Positions 38,730 to 49,223 of a DNA stretch of 59,681 bases are shown piece by piece. Under the pieces are notes generated by a model. That model did no database searches. It saw only the letters and a program-made list of their open reading frames with translations, and was not told the DNA's origin. The translations under genes and the position numbers were made by a program. Source of the stretch: a virus (lineage: Duplodnaviria > Caudoviricetes); IMG/VR virus record IMGVR_UViG_3300040816_000388, positions 1-59,681 of that record. The stretch is one strand, 5' to 3'. The first letter of the stretch is position 1; every line of letters starts with the position of its first letter.

Positions 38730-38915
38730 TTATCTCTTTATGATTGTGCTTTCTTTTTTAGACTTTGGTCCAGGTTTTTTGTGAGCCCATTTAGTTTTTT
38801 TAGGCTTTTTAGGACGTTGGACCACACGTTGTACATCACTTTGAAGTGGCTTAACCACTGTGGCAACTGAGCCGGCTGTCATTGTTTCTGATAATATAAT
38901 GTCGTTGATCTTCAT
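38730..38915 (-). CDS. Small basic putative internal protein
   Basis: MKINDIILSETMTAGSVATV; start 38915 with GATAAATA 5 nt upstream. Confidence 0.55.
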   Translation of the reverse strand: MKINDIILSETMTAGSVATVVKPLQSDVQRVVQRPKKPKKTKWAHKKPGPKSKKESTIIKR

Positions 38916-38919
38916 ACTG

Positions 38920-40242
38920 TTATTTATCTTCTTTGTTCTGTAATGGTAACTTATACCCGGGCCTAATTTCAAAAAATTCATGTAAACCTAAGGCTGAATT
39001 TTCTTTTATGGTATTTAAATTACTAACAAATAGATTATAATTATGAATAACATCAATAGAAATCTTGTCTTGTAAGTTCTTCCACTCTATTGGGTTGGAT
39101 TTAATTTCTTTTAATTGCTGTATTGCATCACACACCATAATAATTTTGCTAATATTATTCATTGTGGTATCTAATTTGTGTGTATCTATCAAATAATCAA
39201 AAGTATTATAACCTAATTCTTGTAAATGCTTATATGTTTTATTACTGCCTAGTACAATAAATGGTTGACACATAACTATAGGCTTGAATACTTTTTCAGA
39301 AACAAATAAATTATTATTAGAAAACGTTTCTGTGATAACTTGCACATCACAATTTAACATATTTTGTATAAAACTGTCATCACCAAACTCTTTCATATGT
39401 ATACTGTCTTCCGTTCTTTTGTCCGCAACTATAGGATAATGTGTTTTTAGTTTATCAAGCCATTCAACTGCTATTTCAAAGTCTTCTTTTTCTATAATTA
39501 AGTTTGTTAAATCCTCTGATAATTGTGTAATAGTTTTACTGTATAACTTATTATATTCTAAATCAGAACTACTTACATAACCGTCTTGTAATAGGTCTAA
39601 TTTGCTCATACAGCCTAGTAAAAGTGTTCTGTGATGTTTGGGTGCGTTATTTAAACAACTGAATACAGACGGTCTGTGTAAGTCTGTGTCTATGTCAACT
39701 AATTGGTCGTCTTCTTTAAAATCATACTCAATTATTTCGTATAATTCTGCCATGCTATCTTCCATAAAATTGTTTGCACAAAAAGTTTGAAAGTTATTAT
39801 AACCTAATTGTTGTTGTATGTCTTGTATGTTTATACTGCTATTACAATAATAGGTATTATCAGGATTTAAATTGTAATGATTTACAACTTGAGATATAAA
39901 ACTAAACATATATTCATCACTAAAACCTTCAGCACTATTATCAAATAGTATTACAGGTTCTGCAAAGTCTTTTACATATTCAGGAATAATTGGTTTGCAA
40001 CTGTACTTGTTGTCTTTCCACAAATTAAATAATTCTTTAGAACCTATGCCGTCTAAACTTATTACTATTATTGTTTTTAAAGATTTGTGTGCTTTATCTA
40101 ATTCTCTCCAGTATATATCTAAATGCCTACATTGTCCATATATACTATCTCTAGTATGTGCTGGAACATGTTCTAAAAGGTCTTTCTTTCCACAACTGGA
40201 TAGAAAACTAACAAAAGGATTGTTTATATCGAGAATCTGCAT
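38920..40242 (-). CDS. Putative glycosyltransferase-like protein; paralog of 3869..5125
   Basis: SCLNNAPKHHR, VITET, VSEKVFKPI..QPFIVLG, LGYNTFD. Confidence 0.5.
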   Translation of the reverse strand: MQILDINNPFVSFLSSCGKKDLLEHVPAHTRDSIYGQCRHLDIYWRELDKAHKSLKTIIVISLDGIGSKELFNLWKDNKYSCKPIIPEYVKDFAEPVILFDNSAEGFSDEYMFSFISQVVNHYNLNPDNTYYCNSSINIQDIQQQLGYNNFQTFCANNFMEDSMAELYEIIEYDFKEDDQLVDIDTDLHRPSVFSCLNNAPKHHRTLLLGCMSKLDLLQDGYVSSSDLEYNKLYSKTITQLSEDLTNLIIEKEDFEIAVEWLDKLKTHYPIVADKRTEDSIHMKEFGDDSFIQNMLNCDVQVITETFSNNNLFVSEKVFKPIVMCQPFIVLGSNKTYKHLQELGYNTFDYLIDTHKLDTTMNNISKIIMVCDAIQQLKEIKSNPIEWKNLQDKISIDVIHNYNLFVSNLNTIKENSALGLHEFFEIRPGYKLPLQNKEDK

Positions 40243-40255
40243 TAGCAGTATTTAT

Positions 40256-41383
40256 TTAGGATTTTTTCTTGCCGCCTTTCATGTTGGCACACCAGTGATA
40301 CATTTTACCCTTCTCACCACTGTACTTTTTTGCTTTTGCACGGAGACTACTCACTGAGCCTTTGCAACTGGCTCCTGCCTTCTTTACTCGGCCTGGTCTA
40401 CTCTTGCCTTTCTTCTTGCCGTCAGCAAAGTTTTCGTCCATCTTAGAACGTAATAAATCCTTAAAGTAATTTTCTGCCATTACTGCTCTGTCACTTGTAG
40501 TGTGGTCAAATGCTTTCATTACGTCTTCAATGTCTGCATCAATAATTATTGCTGGTACTCTTTTAATACCTAATATATGTGCGGCATCGTATCTGTGATG
40601 TCCGTTTATGAGATATCCTTTCCTATCTACAATAAATGGCCTGTCTGCATTTTTTAAAAATACGTCTTCTGCTTTTTTACTTAATCCATCTACACGTTGG
40701 CTTTGTACTGGTTTAATTTTATCTATACTGATTTTACCTTCCTTATAATCAAAATCTGAGTTTTTGATATGACTTCTTCTAATTTGAGGTAATTCATTTC
40801 TGTTAAAATGTTTATCGCTTAATGCTCTGTTGTAATCTTCTTCTATTGAACCTTTTAATCTTATTACACCACAAGCAACTCTATCACCTGCATTGCCTGT
40901 TTTTGTGCTTTCTTCGTCTCCACCTTGACCTAAATCATCTGTATCAGCATGTATTACTATTGCTCTGCCTACTACATCATGTAATTGTACCCTCGGTGCT
41001 TTGAATTGGAACCTTGCAATACCTTGATCGTCTGCTTTGATGTTTCCTAAGTCACCCACATGTCCGTGTTCTAATCCACCGTGTTCTACGCCTTCTGGAT
41101 TATAATGTCCTCCGGCACTAGCACAACCGTCACTTAGATCGCCAAACTCATGTATGTGGAAACCATGTAATCCAGGAGTTAAACCTTTTACTATTCCTTT
41201 GATTATTGTTTCTTCGCCAAATTTTTGTTTGAATTTTACAAATCCTGTAACATCTTCTGGTGAATGTTCCAATTGACATATTGCTTTTATGGTTTCATTA
41301 GACTCTGTGATAGATTCTAACTTAGAGCACTCACAAGTTTTTGCTTTTGTCTTAGGACAACTTTGAAAATCTACTGCTCTCAT
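40256..41383 (-). CDS. sodC: Cu/Zn superoxide dismutase fused to a ParB/Srx-like domain and a basic tail
   Basis: GLHGFHIHEFGD..GCASAGGHYNP..H..HVGDLGN..GRAIVIHADTDDLG..GNAGDRVACGVI; then IKPVQ..IVDRKGYLINGHHRYDAA. Confidence 0.9.
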   Translation of the reverse strand: MRAVDFQSCPKTKAKTCECSKLESITESNETIKAICQLEHSPEDVTGFVKFKQKFGEETIIKGIVKGLTPGLHGFHIHEFGDLSDGCASAGGHYNPEGVEHGGLEHGHVGDLGNIKADDQGIARFQFKAPRVQLHDVVGRAIVIHADTDDLGQGGDEESTKTGNAGDRVACGVIRLKGSIEEDYNRALSDKHFNRNELPQIRRSHIKNSDFDYKEGKISIDKIKPVQSQRVDGLSKKAEDVFLKNADRPFIVDRKGYLINGHHRYDAAHILGIKRVPAIIIDADIEDVMKAFDHTTSDRAVMAENYFKDLLRSKMDENFADGKKKGKSRPGRVKKAGASCKGSVSSLRAKAKKYSGEKGKMYHWCANMKGGKKKS

Positions 41384-44300
41384 TACTTAAATCCAAAGGC
41401 AAATTTGCCACCTATTCTTGAACTGTAGTAATTTTTACTGCCGTCTATTTCTACTGTACCTTGGAAGTTTGGCGGATATACAGCCTCCCATCCTGTTACT
41501 CTAGCATCATCTCCTTGTTTACCCATTTTACAATATAACTGTACAATACTGGATTGGTTAAGAAATGCTACACAACCTTGTCCAAACTCTGGACCCGATT
41601 CATTTATAAGTCTAGTAACCTTTTTAGCAAGTAAGGCCAACAATGCATAACCTGTATTAAACCCTGCAACATCTTGTCTCGGTGTACCATAATTAAATAG
41701 TTCTGTTGCGGCTTGACTTAATCCTGCATAGTCTTGTTTGCCTTGTTGTATATAACCATTGATTTCTTCTTCTAGCCCTTGTGGTAATGCTTTGTATAAT
41801 TCTGCTAATCTAAAAGGACCATCTTTAGCACTATTGCTTTGTACAATGTTTATGATTTTTACAGTTGTAGGATATTGTGCTTTTAATTCTTCTGATGCTT
41901 TTAATATAGCATCTTGTATATTCTTAACACTTGCTTTAGCACCTTTACCACCCTTACTGCTGATACCTACTCTAGTACCGTCTGGTGCTGTAAAGTAACT
42001 GTCAACTAGTGGGGCATTCATTGCCATAGGCCAAAATATACTACAACTTGCCCATGGTTGACCTTTTAATAAATCATTTTTGGCATCATCTGCCTGACCA
42101 CCTACCATTTCACTCATTAGTGCAACCGGACCCATTATCTCACCAAAGTAATCTCTTAATGCTGGTAAGTTTTTGATCTGTCCTGGAAACACAGGATGTT
42201 CCTGTGTATGAATTGTTTCTAATGCATTTACTAATGCTTCTGATAAGTCGTTACCTGCAGAATTTTTCTTTACTGTTTGTATAACATCCATTACACCATT
42301 AAATTCATCATCTGTTTTAATTAAATGTTGTGGATCTATGCCAATGTCTAATTTCATTGCTCCAGCAGTTTGTAATTTCCAACCAAGTGGTACTTGACCG
42401 TTGCTCCATTTACCCATCATATCTGCTGTTTTTTGTTTAAAGTATCTTCCCCAATATGTTGGTTTATCATTTAATTCTGGATCTGTAAGTGTAGCAATAC
42501 CAAATGCTAAACTACCATTATTAGGAGTATTAGTCCATTCTATTTGACTATTGATTTCTTGTTCTGTTGCTCTAATAAATTCATCTCTGCTTTCTGGATC
42601 AGGGAATTGCATTTCTTCTTGTGGGTATAAATCTACACGTTGAAACTCTAATTGATCGTTTCCTTTTTGAAATCTATCGCCAACAACTCTTCCCATTATA
42701 CCTTTTGCTTCTAAAAGAGATTTAACGTGTTGCTTACTCCACTCATTGATATTGAGTTTTGCTTTTACTTCCGGTCCTAGTGTTTCTGCATAACCTCTAA
42801 CAATACCTCTTGCACATGCATCATCACCGGCTTCTGCTCTTAAACGTTTAAAATCATTTAACATTCCTGGAACAGGTATTGCTGTAAAGGCTAACATTTG
42901 TTTTTTAAGATCGCTTACTGGAAAATGATCTGCTAATAATTTGTTTATAACTACAATAGTATCATTGTTTGGCGTGGCATCTTCTTTAACTTTTTTCTTT
43001 TTCTTTTTCTCTTTAGGTAAATCTTTAAGCAATGCCGCCATGTCTTGGCCTGCTTCTATTGTTTCATATAACTTATCAATTTTAGTTTTATTTACTTTTG
43101 ATATAATATCTAATTGTTCTTGTAAAGGTAATGCATCAAATTTATTAAACACACTTTCTAATTCTGGGTTACTAGGTGAATTGCTGAGTCTATTTCTAAC
43201 TATTTCTCGTGCTTGAGCTATGGTCATAGGTTCGCCGCCACCTGATTTATTACTTACAAGTGCTTGTAATATCATATTCTTAGTGCCGCCTGGAGTAACA
43301 TCTCCATTTAGTATAGCAACAAGTTTATTTACTTCGGCTTGAGGCATGTAGTTTTGTATGCCATCTTGCATCATTCTATCAAAAAGTTGATATGCATCTC
43401 TGGCAGATTGATAACCGCTATCACTACCATACATACCACTTACATCATCACCATCACTGCCGTCTGGATTCTTTCTGAAATAGTTTCCACCACTAACATT
43501 ATAGTTCTTTTTGATGTAATCTTCTGCGGCTAAAACTGCGGCGGCCCATCTACTGCCACTAACTACATTTCCACCATCTGGTGCATATTCTTTTTCTGGT
43601 CTCCAATCATGGTTACCGTCAAATTGTTTGTATGCTTTCTTTAAAAGTTCTGCACCTTGGTCATTTACACCACGTGTTATGCCTAAGTGGTCTGCCAAGT
43701 TGCCCCAATTTGTTTTACTTGCTATGCCATTAGAAGATTCTCGATCATAGTCTTCTACACCACCTGCTCTTAATAATGATTCTACTTTGGTATTAAATGC
43801 TGTTGCTTTGCTGTCTATTGCTTTTGCTTTTTTAGATAATTTTGGATTGTTTACATGCCATGCCGCGGCACTTGAAAACTCAAATGGTTCGCCTAAATCA
43901 CTGTTGAGTTCTTTTCTTGGCAATAGAGGTTCGTGCCCTAACCCATTCATTCCCTCTCTTCCGTCGCCGAGAGAACCATTGTCAAAAACAACTCCTCGTA
44001 ATTTTAACTTTTGTTTGATGTTATGATCGTTGCCACTAACATATCTATTCAAGAAATTATCTATACTAACTCTATACTTGTCTCTAAATGCATTGTAGAT
44101 CTTTTCGATTTTTTCTTCTCTCCAAGTATCTTTAATTTTTCTGTACATGTGATTTCGTTGCTTATAGGCTTCTCTGGCTATAGATTCATGACTTGTTGGC
44201 ATTTGTATACAGAAGTCATATGAGCTGTTTTGATTATTCCTAGCCCAATCTAAATAACCATATAAACTACGATCGGAATAAGAGTCTAATTCATCAATCA

Positions 44301-47300
44301 TTTCTTTTCTATAATATAAGTCGCCGCCAAAATCAAATGTTTTTACAGTTGCCAATACTTTACTGTTCTTTTTAGTAAACTCTCGATCTTTTTTATCTAC
44401 TTTGAGTTTATTATCTATTTGATCTTGTTGAGAGTCAAACCCTAGTTTTTGTGTAACTTTATCAAATGAAACCATAAACTGTTTAATTGCGTCTAAACGT
44501 TTTCTAATTAAGTCAGGTACAGGACCCATTTTATAAACACTTGGCTTTGTATCTTTTAATCTATAGTATTTGTCAAATGAACCTCTAAAGAAATCTTGTA
44601 GCAAATTTTTATAATCTTCTGCTACTGTATCTCCAATTGATCTAGGAGTGAATCTCCCGCCGTCTATTTCATCAATGATATCTTTTAACCTTTCTGCTGT
44701 ATATCCAGTTAGACCAAAAAAGGCTTGACCATCTCTTTGGGTACCTGCATCAGTACCATCTAGTTCACTGTATTTGTCAAGCATCATGTCATCGGATGTT
44801 TCAATAACGTCATACATACTTTTTACAGATTTGTTTATTTCTTTTAAACTATCTATATATAATTGTAAATCTTCATCTTTAATTCTATCTAATTCTTCCC
44901 AACGAGTTCTATACTTAATCATAAACTTGCTCAGCCAATTATCTGTATAATTGTCGCCGCCTTGCACTTTTAGATTTACACCTTTACCAACTGGTTGAGT
45001 GTAAGGTTTGTATGATTTTAAATGATCAATAAATTTATTGTATCCTTCTTTAGATATTGGATCGCCAGGGCTAACCCAATGGCCGTCAACTGGCCCGTAT
45101 CCAAAAGAGCCACGTGTTATACCACCAAAGAACTCTTTGTATTCCGTTTTAAAAGAAGGTTGCTCTATTTGTGTTTTCCAAGCATCTGCTACTACTTTTT
45201 TACTTCTAGTTGGTAATACATCTGCTAATTTAGAAATAAATTCATCATATTTTTTGCCTTTGAGATCATCACTGTTTATAGCACTCCAGATACCTGATGC
45301 TATTTTTTCTACTTGTGGACCTGATGCAAATGATGGTAATTCCACAAACTCCTTTTTAAATAATCTTTCTACACCATTTTGAGCTCTTTCCAATGTTGTT
45401 TGTGGAGAAACTGTTTTATTTGTAAAAATTTCTCTATAAGATTTAGTAATCATTTTGCCTAATTCATCGAGAGTAAGTTCAAAATCTTTAACAGTATTTC
45501 TCAATATCCCAATACCTTTTGCACTTATGACATCTCTGTTTAAATTTTGGTTTAAGTCATAACCTGCCTGTGCTACACCTAGTGCAAATTTTTCTTGAGC
45601 TTTTTTAAGTAAACCTTCTTTTTGTAATCTATCAGTCTCTACATCTTCTTTTAATCCAGGTTTTCTTGCTTTTAGTGTTTTATATCTATGTAAATTGTTA
45701 AATGCACTAGCAAGGATAAACATAGATTCTACATAATTTTGTTTGTTAAAAAATCCTTTCAACACATTTACTGCTGGATGTTCTGCACCATCATCAAATC
45801 GGCCTTTTGTTCTTTCATCATCACGATCACTAATTGAATCTAACTGATTTATAAAGCGGAATAATGCTTTTGCATAATCTTTATTATATGCGTCGTCACC
45901 TTCAGTAGTATATCCTGCTGTCATAGTTGTAGCATAACGGATTACTGCTTTTGCAACCTTGTTAAAATCTAAATGGTAATCGTCGCCGCCGCCTATTCTA
46001 AATTCTACAAGTTGTTTTCCGGTATCTGGATCTGTTTGATCTTTAAAGTTTATAGAACTAAATTTGGCACTATCAATGCCTTTGCTTAAAATACTTTCTA
46101 TACCTTTAATAGTTTTTGTATTTTCTGGATTTGCTTTGAGCTCTGCCGCTTTTCTTTTTAGGCTATCTATTTGGCTTTTTGCATAACTGTTATTTTGTCT
46201 GCCAAACGTACTTAATAAATATTTGTCGCCAAGTAGCATTGCTATTTTTAACTTGTTTGGGCTATTCTCCACCCTGTTATTTGAGGTTCCTTTGCCTTGG
46301 TAACTCATAGTAACATGTAACCCTGTTGAATGGTTTGTTTCTACCCCCATGTCACTAAAAAAATTAAAAAGACTTTTCATCTCTTCAAGCATTTTACCGG
46401 GTGAACTGTAAACTGGACTGATAATTTCTGCACCAGTACCTGAGTAAATATCTATACTACTATCATCTTCTACTGCCCATGTGTCATACCCACTAGTACT
46501 ACCATACTCTCCATATTCTGCACGATTGGTAAAATCACTATATTGCTCTGACCAGTTATTTAAATAGTCTGCTACTTCTTCTAATCCGCCGCCGCCCTCT
46601 GGATTACTTATATAATAATCTCCAAGCTCGGCTAAACAATTACCCCAACCACCATATTCTCTATTTGCCCATACATCTATGTCGTATTCGGTCTCTATTT
46701 CGTCAACGGCTTCATCCATTGCTTCACCAGACTCACGTATTGCTTCTTCTATCCATTCGATTAAATCATCTTCTCTTTCTTCTTCTGCGTACTGTCTTCC
46801 CCAAGCAATAAAATCCCAATCTTCGTATTCTTCTCGTTCTTCTTCTGGCAAGTCATCTAGTATGCGTTCTTTGTATTCTTCTATGTCGTCTTCGTCTAGT
46901 TGATCTTCAACAAAATCATTTATATAATCTTCATCTTCTTTTCTATCTTGTGTCATACGGGAAATAATTTCGCCTTCCAAATCAAATGCCATTTCGTAGA
47001 CCCATTCTCTGTATGCTTCTTCTATTTCATTTACAGCACGTCTGCCAATTTGATCATAAAGTGCATCTTGTATCTCATACCATGTATTTTCATCAGCCCA
47101 GTTTTCGTCTTCACCGCCGCCATATACTTCAGTCCAAACAGTTTCTGCTTCAAAACCACATTTAATTGGTGCTGTTAGAGCCGCTTGTCCTATTTCTTTT
47201 TTATTAAAATTGATTTCAAATATTTGCTCTCGGCCTTGTTCGCTGAGTTTATGCTTTCTTGCTAATTTTTTAACACCTTGATTATCTTTGCTTCTAAATT

Positions 47301-47745
47301 TTATTCCAGATTGTGTTTTCTTAACAAGTGTGCCCAACTTACCTTCATCAACTAAAGCATGTACTTCATCTTTGGGATCTAGTAATTGGTATTCACCTTT
47401 TTTGTCTTGTACTACAACTTTATCAGGATTTGGTTTATCACCTACTTTACTTACAACTTTACCCAATGGGTTTCCATCTTTGTCATTGTACTCTGAATCT
47501 ACATCTAAATCACCTGCTTTGATAGGTGTATATTTAGGTAGTTCCTCTGGTGTAGTGTCTACACCTTGTGTTGTTGGACTGCCTTTATCTGGTTTTGCTG
47601 TAGTTTTTTGTGTGGTGGGACTTGCTACAGCATTTGCTTTTGCATTTGCACCAATTTGTTGTCCACCTACTGCGGTAGGTGTGCCTGGCTTTAATCCATA
47701 TTCATTTAGTAATGATTGAAAAGTTCTTACATCCTTAAACTTCAT
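41383..47745 (-). CDS. 2120-aa multidomain protein: COOH-NH2 ligase (amidoligase) domain, large unknown middle, C-terminal nuclease-like domain
   Basis: CGFEAE, WAVEDDSSI, GAEIISPV, TNHSTGLHVTMS, KFSSIN, VEFR; C-terminal PLVDSYF..GISSKGG. Confidence 0.75.
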   Translation of the reverse strand: MKFKDVRTFQSLLNEYGLKPGTPTAVGGQQIGANAKANAVASPTTQKTTAKPDKGSPTTQGVDTTPEELPKYTPIKAGDLDVDSEYNDKDGNPLGKVVSKVGDKPNPDKVVVQDKKGEYQLLDPKDEVHALVDEGKLGTLVKKTQSGIKFRSKDNQGVKKLARKHKLSEQGREQIFEINFNKKEIGQAALTAPIKCGFEAETVWTEVYGGGEDENWADENTWYEIQDALYDQIGRRAVNEIEEAYREWVYEMAFDLEGEIISRMTQDRKEDEDYINDFVEDQLDEDDIEEYKERILDDLPEEEREEYEDWDFIAWGRQYAEEEREDDLIEWIEEAIRESGEAMDEAVDEIETEYDIDVWANREYGGWGNCLAELGDYYISNPEGGGGLEEVADYLNNWSEQYSDFTNRAEYGEYGSTSGYDTWAVEDDSSIDIYSGTGAEIISPVYSSPGKMLEEMKSLFNFFSDMGVETNHSTGLHVTMSYQGKGTSNNRVENSPNKLKIAMLLGDKYLLSTFGRQNNSYAKSQIDSLKRKAAELKANPENTKTIKGIESILSKGIDSAKFSSINFKDQTDPDTGKQLVEFRIGGGDDYHLDFNKVAKAVIRYATTMTAGYTTEGDDAYNKDYAKALFRFINQLDSISDRDDERTKGRFDDGAEHPAVNVLKGFFNKQNYVESMFILASAFNNLHRYKTLKARKPGLKEDVETDRLQKEGLLKKAQEKFALGVAQAGYDLNQNLNRDVISAKGIGILRNTVKDFELTLDELGKMITKSYREIFTNKTVSPQTTLERAQNGVERLFKKEFVELPSFASGPQVEKIASGIWSAINSDDLKGKKYDEFISKLADVLPTRSKKVVADAWKTQIEQPSFKTEYKEFFGGITRGSFGYGPVDGHWVSPGDPISKEGYNKFIDHLKSYKPYTQPVGKGVNLKVQGGDNYTDNWLSKFMIKYRTRWEELDRIKDEDLQLYIDSLKEINKSVKSMYDVIETSDDMMLDKYSELDGTDAGTQRDGQAFFGLTGYTAERLKDIIDEIDGGRFTPRSIGDTVAEDYKNLLQDFFRGSFDKYYRLKDTKPSVYKMGPVPDLIRKRLDAIKQFMVSFDKVTQKLGFDSQQDQIDNKLKVDKKDREFTKKNSKVLATVKTFDFGGDLYYRKEMIDELDSYSDRSLYGYLDWARNNQNSSYDFCIQMPTSHESIAREAYKQRNHMYRKIKDTWREEKIEKIYNAFRDKYRVSIDNFLNRYVSGNDHNIKQKLKLRGVVFDNGSLGDGREGMNGLGHEPLLPRKELNSDLGEPFEFSSAAAWHVNNPKLSKKAKAIDSKATAFNTKVESLLRAGGVEDYDRESSNGIASKTNWGNLADHLGITRGVNDQGAELLKKAYKQFDGNHDWRPEKEYAPDGGNVVSGSRWAAAVLAAEDYIKKNYNVSGGNYFRKNPDGSDGDDVSGMYGSDSGYQSARDAYQLFDRMMQDGIQNYMPQAEVNKLVAILNGDVTPGGTKNMILQALVSNKSGGGEPMTIAQAREIVRNRLSNSPSNPELESVFNKFDALPLQEQLDIISKVNKTKIDKLYETIEAGQDMAALLKDLPKEKKKKKKVKEDATPNNDTIVVINKLLADHFPVSDLKKQMLAFTAIPVPGMLNDFKRLRAEAGDDACARGIVRGYAETLGPEVKAKLNINEWSKQHVKSLLEAKGIMGRVVGDRFQKGNDQLEFQRVDLYPQEEMQFPDPESRDEFIRATEQEINSQIEWTNTPNNGSLAFGIATLTDPELNDKPTYWGRYFKQKTADMMGKWSNGQVPLGWKLQTAGAMKLDIGIDPQHLIKTDDEFNGVMDVIQTVKKNSAGNDLSEALVNALETIHTQEHPVFPGQIKNLPALRDYFGEIMGPVALMSEMVGGQADDAKNDLLKGQPWASCSIFWPMAMNAPLVDSYFTAPDGTRVGISSKGGKGAKASVKNIQDAILKASEELKAQYPTTVKIINIVQSNSAKDGPFRLAELYKALPQGLEEEINGYIQQGKQDYAGLSQAATELFNYGTPRQDVAGFNTGYALLALLAKKVTRLINESGPEFGQGCVAFLNQSSIVQLYCKMGKQGDDARVTGWEAVYPPNFQGTVEIDGSKNYYSSRIGGKFAFGFK

Positions 47746-47746
47746 C

Positions 47747-48043
47747 TTATCGCCTGTTTGTTGCTCTATTTAAAGAACGTAATCTTTTTGATGCTGGATT
47801 CATTCTTTTTGTTCTTTGTGATTTTCTTGACATTCTAGCACCCATTCGTGCTTTAGTTTTTCTCAATGTCATTCTCTTTTTCATGTCAATTGGTTTATGA
47901 CATTGACTTGGGTTACTTACTACCCTTCCTTTTCTACGGCCACTAGTACAACGGACAGCACGTTTTACTTTGTTGCCCATTTTACGCCAAACCATTCTTG
48001 CTTCTATGATTGTGGCTTCTTCGCCTAGTTCTAATAATTTCAT
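47747..48043 (-). CDS. Highly basic putative internal protein
   Basis: Leader MKLLELGEEATIIE followed by an R/K-rich body. Confidence 0.6.
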   Translation of the reverse strand: MKLLELGEEATIIEARMVWRKMGNKVKRAVRCTSGRRKGRVVSNPSQCHKPIDMKKRMTLRKTKARMGARMSRKSQRTKRMNPASKRLRSLNRATNRR

Positions 48044-48044
48044 A

Positions 48045-48293
48045 TTATCCTAAAAAATTTACTAAAAGTCCAATTACCAATGCAACTAATGTTGTAAAAC
48101 TTGTACCAACTATTGCAACTAGCCAATTTTCTAATTTATTTAATCTTACTTTAGTATCTTCTTTGAATTCCCTGAGTTCGGTAGTTATGCTTTCTATACG
48201 CAACATATCCGCAATGATATGTGCCTCCATATTATGAGACTCTGCGTATATTTGTTTTTCTTCTGGCAGTTGCTCTGGTAATTTCTTTTTCAT
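48045..48293 (-). CDS. Coiled-coil protein with a C-terminal TM helix
   Basis: Start moved to ATG 48293; WLVAIVGTSFTTLVALVIGLLV. Confidence 0.55.
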   Translation of the reverse strand: MKKKLPEQLPEEKQIYAESHNMEAHIIADMLRIESITTELREFKEDTKVRLNKLENWLVAIVGTSFTTLVALVIGLLVNFLG

Positions 48294-48294
48294 T

Positions 48295-48699
48295 TTATAA
48301 TAAATCCTGTTTTGTAAATTCCATATTCTTAGAATTTTTAGTATCAACGGTACCTCCATTTAATACTATATTGTCAAACTCGTTTACTAGTGTCTCAACT
48401 GTATGTGCTCCTGGTCTTTCAGTTGCAAATTTAAAAATCCATCCTGCACCTGTCATACTTGGTGCTCCATAATTTTCTAATAAATTGTTACCTGTACCGT
48501 CTAACTCAACTGGATTGTTCATAACAATAGGCATTGCTCTCATTCCTATTACTTGTACAACACTTTCAAAATCTTTTTGACTGTTGTCACCAAAATCATC
48601 AGTGTTAGTAATGTCAATAGTAGTGTACAAAGTGAAAAATTCTATATCACCTGTAACAACTTCCATGGAAGTCATTGCCCCGCTTCTTTGTCCAACCAT
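48295..48699 (-). CDS. Putative virion structural protein
   Basis: ATG 48699 with AGGAGA SD; late promoter 48723..48731. Confidence 0.55.
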   Translation of the reverse strand: MVGQRSGAMTSMEVVTGDIEFFTLYTTIDITNTDDFGDNSQKDFESVVQVIGMRAMPIVMNNPVELDGTGNNLLENYGAPSMTGAGWIFKFATERPGAHTVETLVNEFDNIVLNGGTVDTKNSKNMEFTKQDLL

Positions 48700-48766
48700 T
48701 GTGTCTCCTGTGTCTTTAGTTGTATTTATCACAATTTAAAAATTTATCCTAAGAACTAGAAGTCAT

Positions 48767-48794
48767 AAAAAAAGCAGGCCTAAACCTGCTTTTT
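48767..48794 (-). terminator. Rho-independent terminator
   Basis: AAAAAGCAGG-TTTAGG-CCTGC followed by a T-run on the minus strand. Confidence 0.8.
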
Positions 48795-48816
48795 AAAAAG
48801 TTGTTAAGTATTAAAC

Positions 48817-49146
48817 TTAGACTACTCTGTACTCACCTGCTGTTACAGTTGCGTTTGCACCTGAACCAGTAAGAACTGGTTGGATAGCCGCTAGTAAGTC
48901 AGCCGCACTTGGTTGACCTTCTACTGCTACATGCATTACTGTTGCAGAAATGCTGTTGATGATTACTGGTGTACATCTTGTTGCTAATGCTGATAAAACT
49001 AATTCACCTTTGTTAGCCGCACCTGCTGTGAAACCAAATGAACTAATGTCATCTGTTCCGTCTACTTCGTCTATGATGAAGTGACTTAAAGAACCTACTA
49101 ATAGTTGTCCTTCTGCCGCCGCACCGTTTACTCTTGTTAAAGCCAT
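48817..49146 (-). CDS. Small A/G/V-rich putative structural (head decoration-like) protein
   Basis: MALTRVNG; AGGAG SD; own promoter and terminator. Confidence 0.55.
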   Translation of the reverse strand: MALTRVNGAAAEGQLLVGSLSHFIIDEVDGTDDISSFGFTAGAANKGELVLSALATRCTPVIINSISATVMHVAVEGQPSAADLLAAIQPVLTGSGANATVTAGEYRVV

Positions 49147-49223
49147 TTGCTTCTCCTAATTTGTTGTACATTCGTGGTCTTAAACCACCGCCGTTGTTAC
49201 TATGAATGTACTTTGGTTACTTT

